From Isurus oxyrinchus (Eukaryota), in assembly GCA_026770705.1 (NCBI GenBank), contig JANJGN010000336.1, positions 310,001-374,000 of the forward strand: a stretch of DNA of 64,000 nucleotides, given 5' to 3'. Below the pieces are notes generated by a model. It was not told the DNA's origin. It saw only the letters and a program-made list of their open reading frames with translations, and did not search any database. Shown here piece by piece: positions 35,925 to 47,740 of the stretch. Numbering within the stretch: the stretch's first letter is position 1; every line of letters begins with the position of its first letter. Made by a program: the position numbers and the translations under genes.

Positions 35925-36050
35925 CTGTCAGCGAATGGAAAAAATGTAATTACATTAAAAAAACAATCAAATCAGTGAATGGAAATAGCAGCGTGATATC
36001 AGAAAAGAAGCAGACTTCTGTTGTATCACTTATACAGTCGGGGTACTTAC

Positions 36051-36096
36051 AGGTGAAGTAAGCCAAGAAGAAGCAAAGGCACAGCGCAAATCCCAT
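36051..36096 (-). CDS. IGHV: VH leader exon (MGFALCLCFFLAYFT)
   Basis: 46-nt exon, hydrophobic signal peptide, donor T|GTAAGT, 126-nt intron to V. Confidence 0.92.
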
Positions 36097-36186
36097 CCTC
36101 AGTCCCTGGGTATAACTGACTTGGGAGTGTGACTCCCCGTCGCAGTGACACCAGCAGATTGTGAACCTGGAGCTGAACCATCCCGC

Positions 36187-36194
36187 TATTTATA
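36187..36194 (-). promoter_or_regulatory. TATA box of the VH promoter
   Basis: TATAAATA ~90 nt upstream of the leader ATG. Confidence 0.65.
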
Positions 36195-38699
36195 CCGGCT
36201 AGAGTCAAATAAGAGAGAGAGAGAGAGAGACAGAGCTGGAGAATGGGTGTCACTCTCCTCCCCCAGTTAACAGCCTGACTCCTCCTCTCTTTTCCTGTCT
36301 AGGTCCAGCTGTATAAACAATTATTAACAATAAATATTCCGTGTTCCACAAACGTATATTTTTGATTGTCTGTTTATCCTTTGGGATGTGATACTCTCTC
36401 TCTAAAGCAGGTTTAAATTGATTCAGTGCGAATCTTTACATTCCCAATAAACACCTCACATGTACTCAGTGTCCAATTGCTCTCAGAAGGACCTAAACAC
36501 ACCCACGGAATTATTCCGAAGATGAAGGGAGAGATCCCCTGGAGCCAATATTTCTCGTTCAGCCAACATCCCAAAATCAGCTTATCTGGTGATTTATCAC
36601 AGCGCAGTTTGTTGGATCCTCCTATACGTAACTTCACGGTCGTCTTTCCTTGCAATACAATGGTGATTATAGGTTTATAAATAAACAAACAAATCTTCAT
36701 TGCCTATAAAGCGCTTTAAGTTGACCTGTGGTTGTGAAATGCACTGTTTAACTGTATGTCTTCTTTATTTCCATGTTCCCCTATCTGTGTGATAAAAGAT
36801 ACAAATGTTACTGATATTTGTCCAGAGAAAACCATTATATTTGTCCCAGGACATCGACAGTTTCGGAATAATGTCACTTAATTTCAGATATAATCCATCG
36901 TGAAATGTGAAGCTTCACTTTAAAACAATCCTCCGTGAATCAATTTTCCACTGGATTTCAGGTCACCAGTGTGAATATTGTTCTTTCATTTCACAGTGAA
37001 TGATTTTAAATGAGAGAAGTTGAGATTTGCACCGAGGAATGTGTGTGTGATGAGGCTGCACTGTCCAGCCGAACCCTGTTTAGCTAAGAATTAAATCAAC
37101 ATGTCTACCTTTCTAATTGATGTGACAGATTTATCCACAAACCATTGGGAAATATTTAGCAACGCAGATAAAACAATATCGATCTAAGTGACCCCACTAA
37201 ACCATAAATTATATTCAGAGATTTGGGGCATCACGAGTTTGATTTTTTTTTGATGTTGTTAATTTGCACCAAGGATGAGAAATCATTGAAATTATGGTGA
37301 TATCAAGCCAGTTGTGCTAAGCTTTTCAGGTGCCAAGACCAAATGTGCCAACAGGTTACATGTGAAAGTATAAAGCCTGCCATTACAATTATACTAACAT
37401 TTCAGTGAATAATTTGAGTTCCCAGTCAGTCTCCAGATTGGGATTGTAACTCTGCCGTCTGCAGACCATTGGGTAAATTACAAAATTATTAAATGAATCA
37501 AACATTATTATCAGAGTAGTTAATGTGTTCTTTATATCTGTGTGATACCAGCTCAGCTGGCATTCCCTTCTACAGGATTGTAAAAGAACTTCGCAATTAT
37601 CAGAATCAAATTGACCTTAAATAATGAAAATCGCAAACTCATTGCATTGTTGTTGTCGCATTTAGTCTGTTCTGCATCTGCCATACACAAAACGCAGTTT
37701 CCTTAGTATCATCTCATAAGAAATGCAATTTAGATTAATATTGCCTAACGATTCATTTGCTGATAAATTTATTCCCAGTTTGTTGAACACGTTCATCCCA
37801 TATCTCTGCCCAACAGGCAGTGGCAGGAATCCAGCATTCTACCATCAGGGAGGAGAGAACATTCACATTTCAGTTTACAGGAAACATCTGTGGCTGCTGT
37901 GCAGAAACTTCAACAATCAGTTTCCTGCCCGCTGATCAAATATAGCAAGGCAACAAGAACCCAGCTGTGAGCAAAGGAACCTATTTATACACAGATCTGC
38001 CCAGCAACAATGTGCCCAAACAGTGCAGGCTCATCTCCATTGGGTATATGGAAGTTCATTTCGAATGAATTCATAGCTTGAGATTGTTTCCCAGAACCTG
38101 TATCCTCTCTGAAGTACCAGGGTGTGAATCCTAGGAAAGATTCTCAGATCATGAGGCAATTGTGACAGAAACCATCTGACGCTCCAGGGAGCACAAATCC
38201 TGAATGTGATTCTGAGAGACTGGGGGATATTAGAAGCATCAGGGAGCATAAATCCTGGGGTTAGTATCAAACACTTAGGTCCAGCAAACTCACCAGGGAA
38301 CATAACCGCTGGGAATTGTCCTCAGAACCTGGATTTTCTGATGTATGTCCGTTTAGTTGTTCAAAACCTGGGAATTGCTAATAGGTGCAGGGATTATCTG
38401 ATACGAAGTGCCCTTGAATCACACGTCATATTAATGATTCCCAGGGGCTGGTCCCAAGTCACACAGACGCACATTGAATCACAAGCCCTGGGCATTATCT
38501 CCAGATGTTGGGCCTATTTGATACTGCAGTCATGCGAGCACAAACCCTAGGAATGATTATTTGTTACTGGTCCTATATGACACCGACAGACATAGGAGCA
38601 GAAACCCAATTAATTATTCCCTGTATCTGGGTCATCATAACAAGGCAGTGGACTAAAACTCCCATCGATCTCTTCGTCACTTCTTGACCTGAATATTCC

Positions 38700-39030
38700 A
38701 ATGGTTTCCTGACCATCCCCCCAGAGTCTACCTTCTATAAATAGGAGCTCAAGCTAAATGCTCTTGCCCATATCTTAATGCACACATGTCCCGTTAGCCC
38801 ATCAACCCTGTTCTCCCTGATCCACGGCGGCTCTCGGTTAAGTAATGCATCAGTAATAAAATTATCGCAGTTGTTAATCTCCCTCCATGGCCTCCACCAC
38901 CTCTCCCCCGACCTCACCACCAGCACCTCCGTCCCGGTCAGCTCCTTCAGTCCCATAATTCTCCGAGATTCCTTCCCTCCTCGAATTCTCACATCTTTTG
39001 CATCGTGAATTTTATCACTTGTTGCCAACT
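38700..39030 (-). mobile_element. L2-like LINE 3' fragment
   Basis: Degenerate ORF end (..RELTGTEVLVVRSGERWWRPWR..DALLNREPPW) resembles vertebrate L2 remnants. Confidence 0.45.
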
Positions 39031-39639
39031 GCCTTAAACCCCTTCTCCCTCTCTCCTCCTTTACTATTCTCACTAAAAGTTACATCGTTGACCTAATGTA
39101 TGGTCATCCGTCCTTGTGTCTCCTTACGTGACTCGGTGTCAAATTTGGCCTGTTAGTGGTCTGGTGAGTCAACATGCAGCGATTTACGACATTAAAAGGG
39201 CTATATAGTTGCAAACGGTTGTTGGATATAATTCGTTTTCTTTCTGACTGAAGGAAATGTTTTATTAATCTCAGGTCACAGATAGTGAGATTCTCACTTT
39301 TACTTCAACATGCCGAAATCAATACAAGGTCCCGTGAGATGCGCTGATGATCAACTAACAATCTGTCACAGAGAACAATGTATTCATACACGTTATGCAT
39401 GCTCCGATTTAATCACTTTTCACAAATGATTTCTGAGGACAGACAGACATTGCCTTGGTAACAGATCGGTGGGACAATGCGATCTAAATATGAGAACAAA
39501 ATAAATGGATAATCAATGCACATTAAGGATATTACAGGACCTAAAATTATATTTTTAATCAAAGGGAATAAAATATAGAAACATAACTGGAAAACATAAT
39601 CATTTACCTTTGCAGAATTCGCATGGAAACATTAAGAAT

Positions 39640-39765
39640 GATGTGTTTAGACAAATACGCACAGGCACATAAGTAAACAGGCAGACACACAGAGATACGG
39701 GCAGACAAACAGAGACGTACACATACGCGCACATACACACTCACAGACACACGCACACACACAGA

Positions 39766-39800
<35 letters not shown>
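39640..39800 (+). repeat. (CA)n microsatellite
   Basis: Direct inspection. Confidence 0.9.
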
Positions 39801-39802
<2 letters not shown>

Positions 39803-40619
39803 GAAATGTTCCCTGATCAAAAGTCCTCCCTTCAATTAACGCCAATAAATGTACATTAATATAAATTAACAGGATTTGAACCACGTTGTCCTTTTGCTAA
39901 TGTTTCTTTGCGCAACAAAGCTTCACTCAGATGGAATCTTTTGCATTGTTATCCTTTGCCACCCCCTGTAGAATGTAATGATCTTGTATATCATTGTAGC
40001 TTGGTTTTGGTGCGTTAATATAAGAGACAATAACTGATGAAGGCATTTTACAGTAACAGCAATGGCAATCTTTCGCCACCATGTGGCAGTGCTAGCGCGA
40101 TTGCTTCCATGGAAACATACATACACTGCCTCAATTATTACTGCTCCATAGCATGTCTATGTTTATATCACAGCAGACCTTCACTTAGTTATTGCTAGTT
40201 CTACTTCATTCTCAGATGTTGACATTTCTGTCAAGGCCGACATTTACTAGCCATACCTAATTGCCCCGGAGATGTGTTGGTGAGCCGCCTTGTGTGTGTT
40301 TCAAATCCAAAAACAGTGCTGGTGGGAAGGGAGCTTTGGGGTTTTGACTCAATAACAACGAAGGAAAAAAATCTATATTTCCAAATCAGAATATTGTGTG
40401 TGACTTGGAGCGGCACTAGCAGGTGTTGGTGCTTCCATTCACCTGCTGTCCTTGTCCTTCTATGTCGCAGAGCTCTCCGGTTCTGAAGATGCTGTCGAAG
40501 GTATTACCAGAATGGGGTGAGAGGCTTCCGTTATGTGGAAAAACGATAGAAATAGCATCCTAGAGCAGAGAGAGTTAAGAGATGTTTTAAAAGATGTGTT
40601 CAAGTTTCTGAAGGGGTTT

Positions 40620-41000
40620 GCAAGGCCATAACCTGACCATGTCTCCGTCCATATTCTACTGGGTCCAGTCACGGACATTAGTGCAATAAACTCTGTGCCC
40701 TTCCATCCTTTACACTAGGCCCTTTTTCAATTATTGATGCACTGAAGCATGTGTCTGGTTATATTGCACTCATCCATGTCCTTATTTATATTACACTAGA
40801 CCCTTTCTCCTTTATTTCTGCACTATTTTATGCCCACCTTTAAATTGTATGAGGCCATCTCCCTGTTTATATTCGACAGGGTCTGCCATAGTTATTCATG
40901 GACTAAACTGCTCAGAGTGCAGGAGTCCTTATCGCTGTTCATGTTAAATAAGGCCCCCTTTCTGTAATGACAGCACTGGACACTCTGTTTATATTAATTT
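40620..41000 (+). repeat. Degenerate 27-bp family blocks (also ~47270-47480 +, ~48590-48820 +, ~49350-49860 -, ~53050-53300 +)
   Basis: Recurring ctgtctc / ttattactgcactag motifs; the 49.4-49.9 kb block is inverted (taataactgagac). Confidence 0.6.
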
Positions 41001-41999
41001 ATTGCCAATGTCAGTTATTGTGGTACAGCATTTTTCTGTGATAGGTAAATAGACAGATGGATGAAGGGAGAAGTATGTCTCATAATAATTAAAGAACATA
41101 TATTTGACTGGGTGGGAAGATGGATTTTTGTTTGTTGTAAAATACGTTTAGTCTTTGTCACAGCCATCAGGAGCTGTGTACAATTTCCCATTGCTCTGGT
41201 GTAATGTAACAGTTTTGTTGAAAGTACTGGTCGAATCTTATGACAATCTCGGAAATTTGAACTGGATTGAGGGACTGAAGTCAAGGTGAGCCAGAGTGCA
41301 CTGCAGTTTATACTGAATAGTGGAAATCTCTGTTGTGGCTATTGTACACCGTGTTTTAATGTTAAGGAATGTTTCTCCTGAGGGCCTTTACATTCACGTT
41401 TTCCGTGGCAACTGGTTGTGTGACCGAGCCTGAACATCTGTATTTGTGTCTATTTGTGTCTGTGAGTGTGTCCATACAAAACACATTATTCCTAATGTTT
41501 GCAATTTACATCCACAAAGCGGATTTGCTTCACCAGTTATTTTCACAGCATTTAATTCCCTTTCATTAAAAATGCGTTGACTGGAATATTAGTGCAAATT
41601 TGTTTGTTGATACGTTTCCAACAACAACATTACGAACGTCGACATTTTCACGATAGCAGTAATGGCAATGATTGGCCACCAGGTGACAGTGCAAATTGGT
41701 TTGCCTAAATTATACCAAACCAGCACTGCCTCAGGCGGTGATAACTGAAAAAGGACCCAGTGTAATGTAGGGATGGGCATGGGTGGTTTATATTACATTA
41801 GACAGTTTCTAATGTTTTACTTATTAATTATCGACTGATTTGGAATAGTTGTTAAGTCAAACATCTCTACCCATTCCCAGTTCTCCTTGAGAAATGGCGA
41901 TTTGCCACCATCTTGAAAGTATCAAGCGGTTGCATACCTTTTAAAATGCATAAATACCAAGGCTCGCCCAAATTGTACCCTCGGCATAGGAACCACCAT

Positions 42000-43640
42000 C
42001 ACTTTATAATCCTTTGAAACTTAAGGCACTGAGACAGGGCGAGAAGGCAGCTAACGTTGTGCCCTTGTTCAAAACGCACAAAGGTATAGACTGAGTAATT
42101 ACAGGACACTGAATATAATCTTGGAGCAGGGAATAAATAGTATTGGAAGGAGAACATTCTAAGAGACAGGGTGCATCTACATTTAGAATGACACTGCCTA
42201 AACAAACCTGGACAGCAAGAATTTGTTAAAGGAAGGGCGAGTCTGACTATTATGCATAAATGTTTTGAAGGGATAATAAGGAGTGCTGATGGATACAATG
42301 CATTCGATGTAGTCTATGTGGATTTTAAAATGACCAGGTTCTACATGGCAGAGCGGTTCCGAAATTAGAAGCCAATGTGATCCAAGGCAAAGCGGCGAGG
42401 TAAATCCAAAATTGGTTCAGTGCCAGGAAGCAAACGGTGAATGACACAGGGTGTTTCTGTTAATGGGAGTGGTATCCCCCAGGCCTTGGTAATAGGATAC
42501 TTGCCTTTTCTTGCATATATCAATTACTTGCACATGACTGAAAAGAGCATGATTAAGATGATACACAAATTGGCTGTGTGATTAAGAATTGAGCAGAAAG
42601 CTGTATACTGCAGGAAATCGACCTGTCAGGTAGACATAAGAATGGCTTAGAGATGTTTGCGAGGTAGTGCATTTAAGGAAAGCTAACAAGATAAAGTAAT
42701 AAACAGTAAATAAGACATAAGAACTAGGAGCAAGAGTTGGCAATTCAGTCCCTCGAGCCTGCGCCGCTATTCATTACGATCATGGCTGACCTCATTTCGG
42801 CCTAAACTCCAATTTCCCAGCCTCTCCCCATAACCTTTCAACCCGTTACTAAGTGAAAATCTGTCATCTCCTCCTTAAATTTATTCAGCATCCAGGCATC
42901 CAGTGCATTCTGAGCTAGTGAATTCCACTGATTCATGAATGATACGACACTAAGAATTAAAGTGGGACTACAGAATGCAGAGATTCCTAAGGGTGTCTGG
43001 ACAGGTAGATAAGGTGATCAAGAAACAGATGGGATTCTTTATTCTCCGAGGCATAGAAAATACGAGTGGAGACGTTCTGTTGGAACTGTGTAAAGCACTA
43101 GTTAAGCCCGAGTTTGAGTGTTCGGTGCAACCCTGGGCCAGGAACGATCGGAAATATGTGATTGGGCAAGAAACGTTACAGTGGAGATTTACGATGTCAT
43201 TGCCTCGGCTGCAGGAGGATTGCTATTTGGGAGGATAGGTTAGGAATGTTTACTTTTGAACAAAGGAAGCTGAGATAAGATAAGGCTGCATAAAGGGGAT
43301 TATTCTATTTGTCTCCCTAACTCTTGCTGTGCCCGCATGCTTTCTGTGATCCGTGTACAAATACACACAGATCTCTCTGCACCAAAGAATTCTGCAGCCT
43401 TTCAATTTAAATAACATGTTGCCTTTCGACTTATCCGGCAAAATTAGGCAAACTCATATTTTTCCAACCTTATATTCCATGCGCCAAATTTCAGTACAAT
43501 CACTTAGCTTACCAATATGTCATTGTGGCCTCTTTGTATCCATCCTCAGAACCTGTTTCCCTTTCCAGCTTGGCATCATCAGCAAATCTGGCTAAAGTAT
43601 TGTCGACCCTTTCATCCAAGAATAAATAGGTCATGGCAAA
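42000..43640. mobile_element. Nested degenerate CR1 fragments in both orientations
   Basis: gcagctaacgttgtgcccttgttcaaaa (AANVVPLFK); ELCKALVKPEFECSVQPW; CR1 3' tail taagaactaggagcaagag...cagtccctcgagcctg. Confidence 0.7.
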
Positions 43641-43829
43641 TGTTTTCACCCAAAGGATGATGGGAATCTAAAACTCATGATGCGAAAGGGTTGTAAAAAC
43701 TTGAAGTGAAACAACCGAAAAGGTTGCAGACCAAGAGCTGGACAGTTGACAAGGCTGTTTACTGCTTGTTTGCTGGGACAAATTGTATTGTTGATTTCTA
43801 TGACCCGATGATTCATTGCTGTAAAATAG

Positions 43830-45900
43830 GGGTTTCAGGGTTGTGACCCAGCGACAGTGAAGAAAGAACAATATATTTCCAAGCCAATGTGGTGTTTGGC
43901 CTTGAGGGGAACTTCTAGGTCTTTCCATGGGTCTGTCACACTAGTTCCTCTAGGTGTTAGCAGTGAGGGGCTTGCACAGCACTGTCAAAGAACTGTTGGC
44001 GAGTTGCCACAGTGCATTTCGTAGATGGTGCACACAGCTGTATTTGTGCAGTGGTGCTGGAGGGAATGGGTTTATAAATGCCGGATGGGATGGCCAATCA
44101 GGCGCAATGATTTTTCCTACATGGTGTCTTCCTTCTTCCGAATATAAGAACTAGCATTAGGAGAAGACCATGTGGTTCCTTGGGCCTGCTCTGGAAGTGT
44201 TTTGTTGGAAATTCCCTGATCCAGGCAAGCTGAGATATTCAATCACTTTCCTAAAAATTGCATGGACATTGTGGACAGATTGTGGAGAAACATGAGGTGC
44301 GTCGCTCGCCATACAATGTGCTGCCTCTGACCTTTTCTAGATTCTTCATATATGTTGCTGGTTCAGTTAACTTAATTTACTGCTGTGGCCCCCACAATGT
44401 TGCTGGTGTTGGATTCTGCGATGGTAATGTCAATGAATGACAACGGGAGATGATTAGATTCTCTCTTGATGGAGATGGCCACTGCCTGGCACTTGTAACA
44501 CGTTATGTCAATTTCCACTCATCAGCCAAAGGTTCAATATTGTCCAAATGTTTTGTTTTTTTTCTGCATGGAGGCATGAACTGCTTCAGTATCAGAGGAA
44601 TAGTGAATGAAGCTGAAAATTGCACCAACATTCATGAACATCACGACTTCTGACATGATTATGGAAATAAGGTCATTGATGAAGCAGCTGAGGATGGCTG
44701 GGCCTAGGACACTTTCCTGAGGAAGTCCAAGAGCGATGCTCTGGTGTGAGGTGTTTGGCCTCCAGCAAAAGCAATTATTTTCCCTTGTGCTAGGTATGAC
44801 TCCAATCAGTCCGCTCCCCTTTCCCCCACCCCCCACCCCCCCTCCCCCCGCCCCACGATTCTCATTGACTTCAATGTTGCTAATGATCCTTGGTGCCACA
44901 ATCTGTCAACTGCTACCTTGATGTCAAGGACATTCACTCTCATATTAGAAGTTTAGCTGTTTGCCTTTGTTCAAATCAACAACGTGATGTAGTCGGGAAC
45001 TGAAAGGCCCTTGTGAAGCCTAAACTGGGCATTGTTGAGCAGCTTGTTGCTGATGAGCTGCTGTTTGATTGCTCCGTCAATGACACCTTCCATCAGGTTG
45101 CTGCTGGCTGAGAGTACAATGATTGAGGGTCAATGGGCCACATTGGGTCTGTTCAGCAATTTTTCACCATGTTACAGCTTGATCAGGCTGATGCCCCATG
45201 TTTAGATCTTCTTGTTGCTGCACCTGGCCTGTTCCTCTAAATTCATCATTGAACAATCGTTGATCCCCTGGCTTCATCCTAATGGTAGAGTGAGGGTTAT
45301 ACATCCCATGACGTGCATATTGTGGGGGGATGAGAATGTTGCTCAAGCTAACGGCCTCACTGATGCACGGTTTTAATTGCCAAATATTCTCCAAATCTAT
45401 CGCATTTAGCACGATGATTATGCCACACAACATCGCGGTTCGTGGTCTCAGTCTGAAGATGGGTCTTTGTATCCAAAAGGAAAGTGCGGTGGACACACCC
45501 ATCAGTACTGACGTGGAGAGATGAATCTGTGCCAGGTAGAGTAATGAGCGCCATCCCAAGTAAATTTTCTCTTTGTGTTCTCTCAACACCTTCCAGGGGC
45601 ACGGTCTGGTAGATATGTCCTTCGTGACTCGGCCAGCTCAGTCAGTATTGGTATCGAGCCATTCTTGCTGATGGGCATTGAAGTTCCATATCCTTTTCTG
45701 CTCTCAGGGTTTCACCAGAATTGTGTTCAACGTGGAGACGCACTGATTCATTAGTTGAGGTAGGGGAATAACTCGAATTAGAAAGGAGATTTTCCACTGT
45801 TGCCTGCTCTGATGCCAGGAAAATTCATGACTCCTGGAGTCAATCTTGAGGACCCCCAGGGGCACTCGTTCCCGACTAATATCCCGCCATCACTGGTGGG
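43830..45900 (-). mobile_element. Long degenerate CR1/L2-clade LINE remnant
   Basis: RT motif GLPQESVLGPAILSCFINDL (ORF 44534-44899); 3' end matches the 7150 family. Confidence 0.75.
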
Positions 45901-45984
45901 TCAATCAGGCGTGGGGATATTGATTGGAAGGTATAAACATTGAGCATGACTATGTCAGGCGGGTGTTTAGTTTTTAAGGTCTAA

Positions 45985-46735
45985 TACAGGTAGGAATTAT
46001 ACAGTAAATGGCAGAACCCTTCAGTGCATCGACAGGCAGAGGGATCTGGGTGTACAGGTGCACAGGTCACTGAAAGTGGCAACGCAGGTGGATAAGGTAG
46101 TCAGGAAGGCATATGGCAAGCTTGCCTTCATTGGCAGCGGTATTGAGTATAAAAGCTGGGAAATCATGCTGCAGCTGTATAGAACCTTGGTTAGACTACA
46201 CTTGGAATATTGCGTGCAATTCTGGTCGCCACATTACCAGAAGGATATGGAGGCATTGGAGAGGGTGCAGAGGAGGTTTACCAGGATGCTGCCTGGTCTG
46301 AAGGTTATTAGGTATGAGGAGAGGTTGGAGAAACTCGGATTGTTCTGACTGGAGGGACTGAGATTGAGGGGCGTCTTGATAGAAGTTTACAAAATTATGA
46401 GTGACATGGACAGAGTAAATAGTCAGAAGCTTTTTCCCAGGGTGGGAGATTCAATTACTAGGGGACATAGATTGAAGGTGAGAGGAGAAAAACTATAGAG
46501 ATGTGCGGGGCAAGTTTTTTACGCAGAGGGTAGTGAGTGTCTGGAATTCGCTGCCAGAGGAGGTGGTGGAAACAGGTACGATAGTGATGTTTAAGAGGCA
46601 GCTTGACAAATACATGAATAGGATGGGAATAGAGGGATACGGACCCCGTAAGTGCAATATGTTTTATTGACGGGCAATATGATGGGCGCAGGCTTGGTGG
46701 GCCGAAGGGCCTGTTCCTGTGCTGTACTTTTCTTT
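45985..46735 (+). mobile_element. CR1 LINE 3' end
   Basis: VHRSLKVATQVDKVVRKAYG..LQLYRTLVRLHLEYCVQFWSPHYQKDMEALERVQRRFTRMLPGL; tail gggccgaagggcctgttcctgtgctgtac. Confidence 0.92.
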
Positions 46736-47028
46736 GTTCTTTGTTGTTGTTCTTCTTGTGTTTCCGCTAGCCTGCGTTCAGTGTTTCTCAGCTGTGGGAG
46801 ATGTCCACAGAAGATCGTTCAGAGAATTTTATACAGTTAATTGGACTGCCTGTGTCTTTGCCTGTGCCTCGGTTGATGCCGTCTGGCTTTACTGACTGTG
46901 CTCAGGTTGCTGATTCTCGTGGCCGTTTAATAAAAATGACTGCACACTGAGAATGTTTAGAGGGAGATTCAAAGTTAACCACCTTGCTGTTCATCTGGAG
47001 TCCCTTTGGGAAAAAAACATGTAAGGTT

Positions 47029-47108
47029 GGGGGGGGGGGGGGGGGGGTGGTGGTGGGGGGGGGGGGGGGGGTGGGGTGGGGGGAGGGTGGTGGGGGGGGG
47101 GTGGTGGG
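47029..47108 (+). repeat. Poly-G/GGT tract (G-quadruplex-prone)
   Basis: 80 nt of almost pure G runs. Confidence 0.85.
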
Positions 47109-47654
47109 AATGTATTTCCGAAACGTACCTTTATATGTCAGCTGTGTTTTGATGAGTCTGGGAGATGCACGTTTCCCATTACTGATATTGAGGGCACTTT
47201 TAATAGTTCAGATGTACAAAATTAACTACGTTTAAATTCCAAAAAGCTTTGTTGAAATTTGACCTCATATAATATCTGTTTGTGTTACATAAGGCGGTTT
47301 CTCAGTTATTGATGCGCTATACTGTTTATGTTTATATTTCATAGAACTTGTCCCTGTTTTTAATGTACTGGACCATGTTTAAGTTTATTTTAACCAGGCT
47401 CTGTTTCAGTTATTACTGCACTGGAGCAATTTACCATTTAAATTATACCAGGCCCTATCTCTGGTTACATTACACTGGACCCTAACTCAGGCACGACCTG
47501 GCTGTAGCTCTGCCACAGATTCACAGAATCACAGTGCAGAAGAGGCCCTTCGGCCCATCGAGTCTGCACCGGCACGTGAGAAACACCTGACCTACCTACC
47601 TAATCACATTTACCAGCACTTGGCCCATAGCCTTGAAAGTTATGACGTCCCAAG

Positions 47655-47740
47655 TACTCATCACTAGCCCAGAGGCCCAGGCTCATCTTCTGGGGACATG
47701 GATTCAAATCCCACCACAGCAACTGGCGGAATTTAAATGC
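47655..47740 (+). mobile_element. tRNA-derived SINE head fragment (related pieces at ~20160-20230 + and ~52260-52320 -)
   Basis: actagcccagaggcccaggct...ggggacatggattcaaatcccaccacagcaactggcggaattt contains a B-box-like GATTCAAATCC. Confidence 0.55.
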
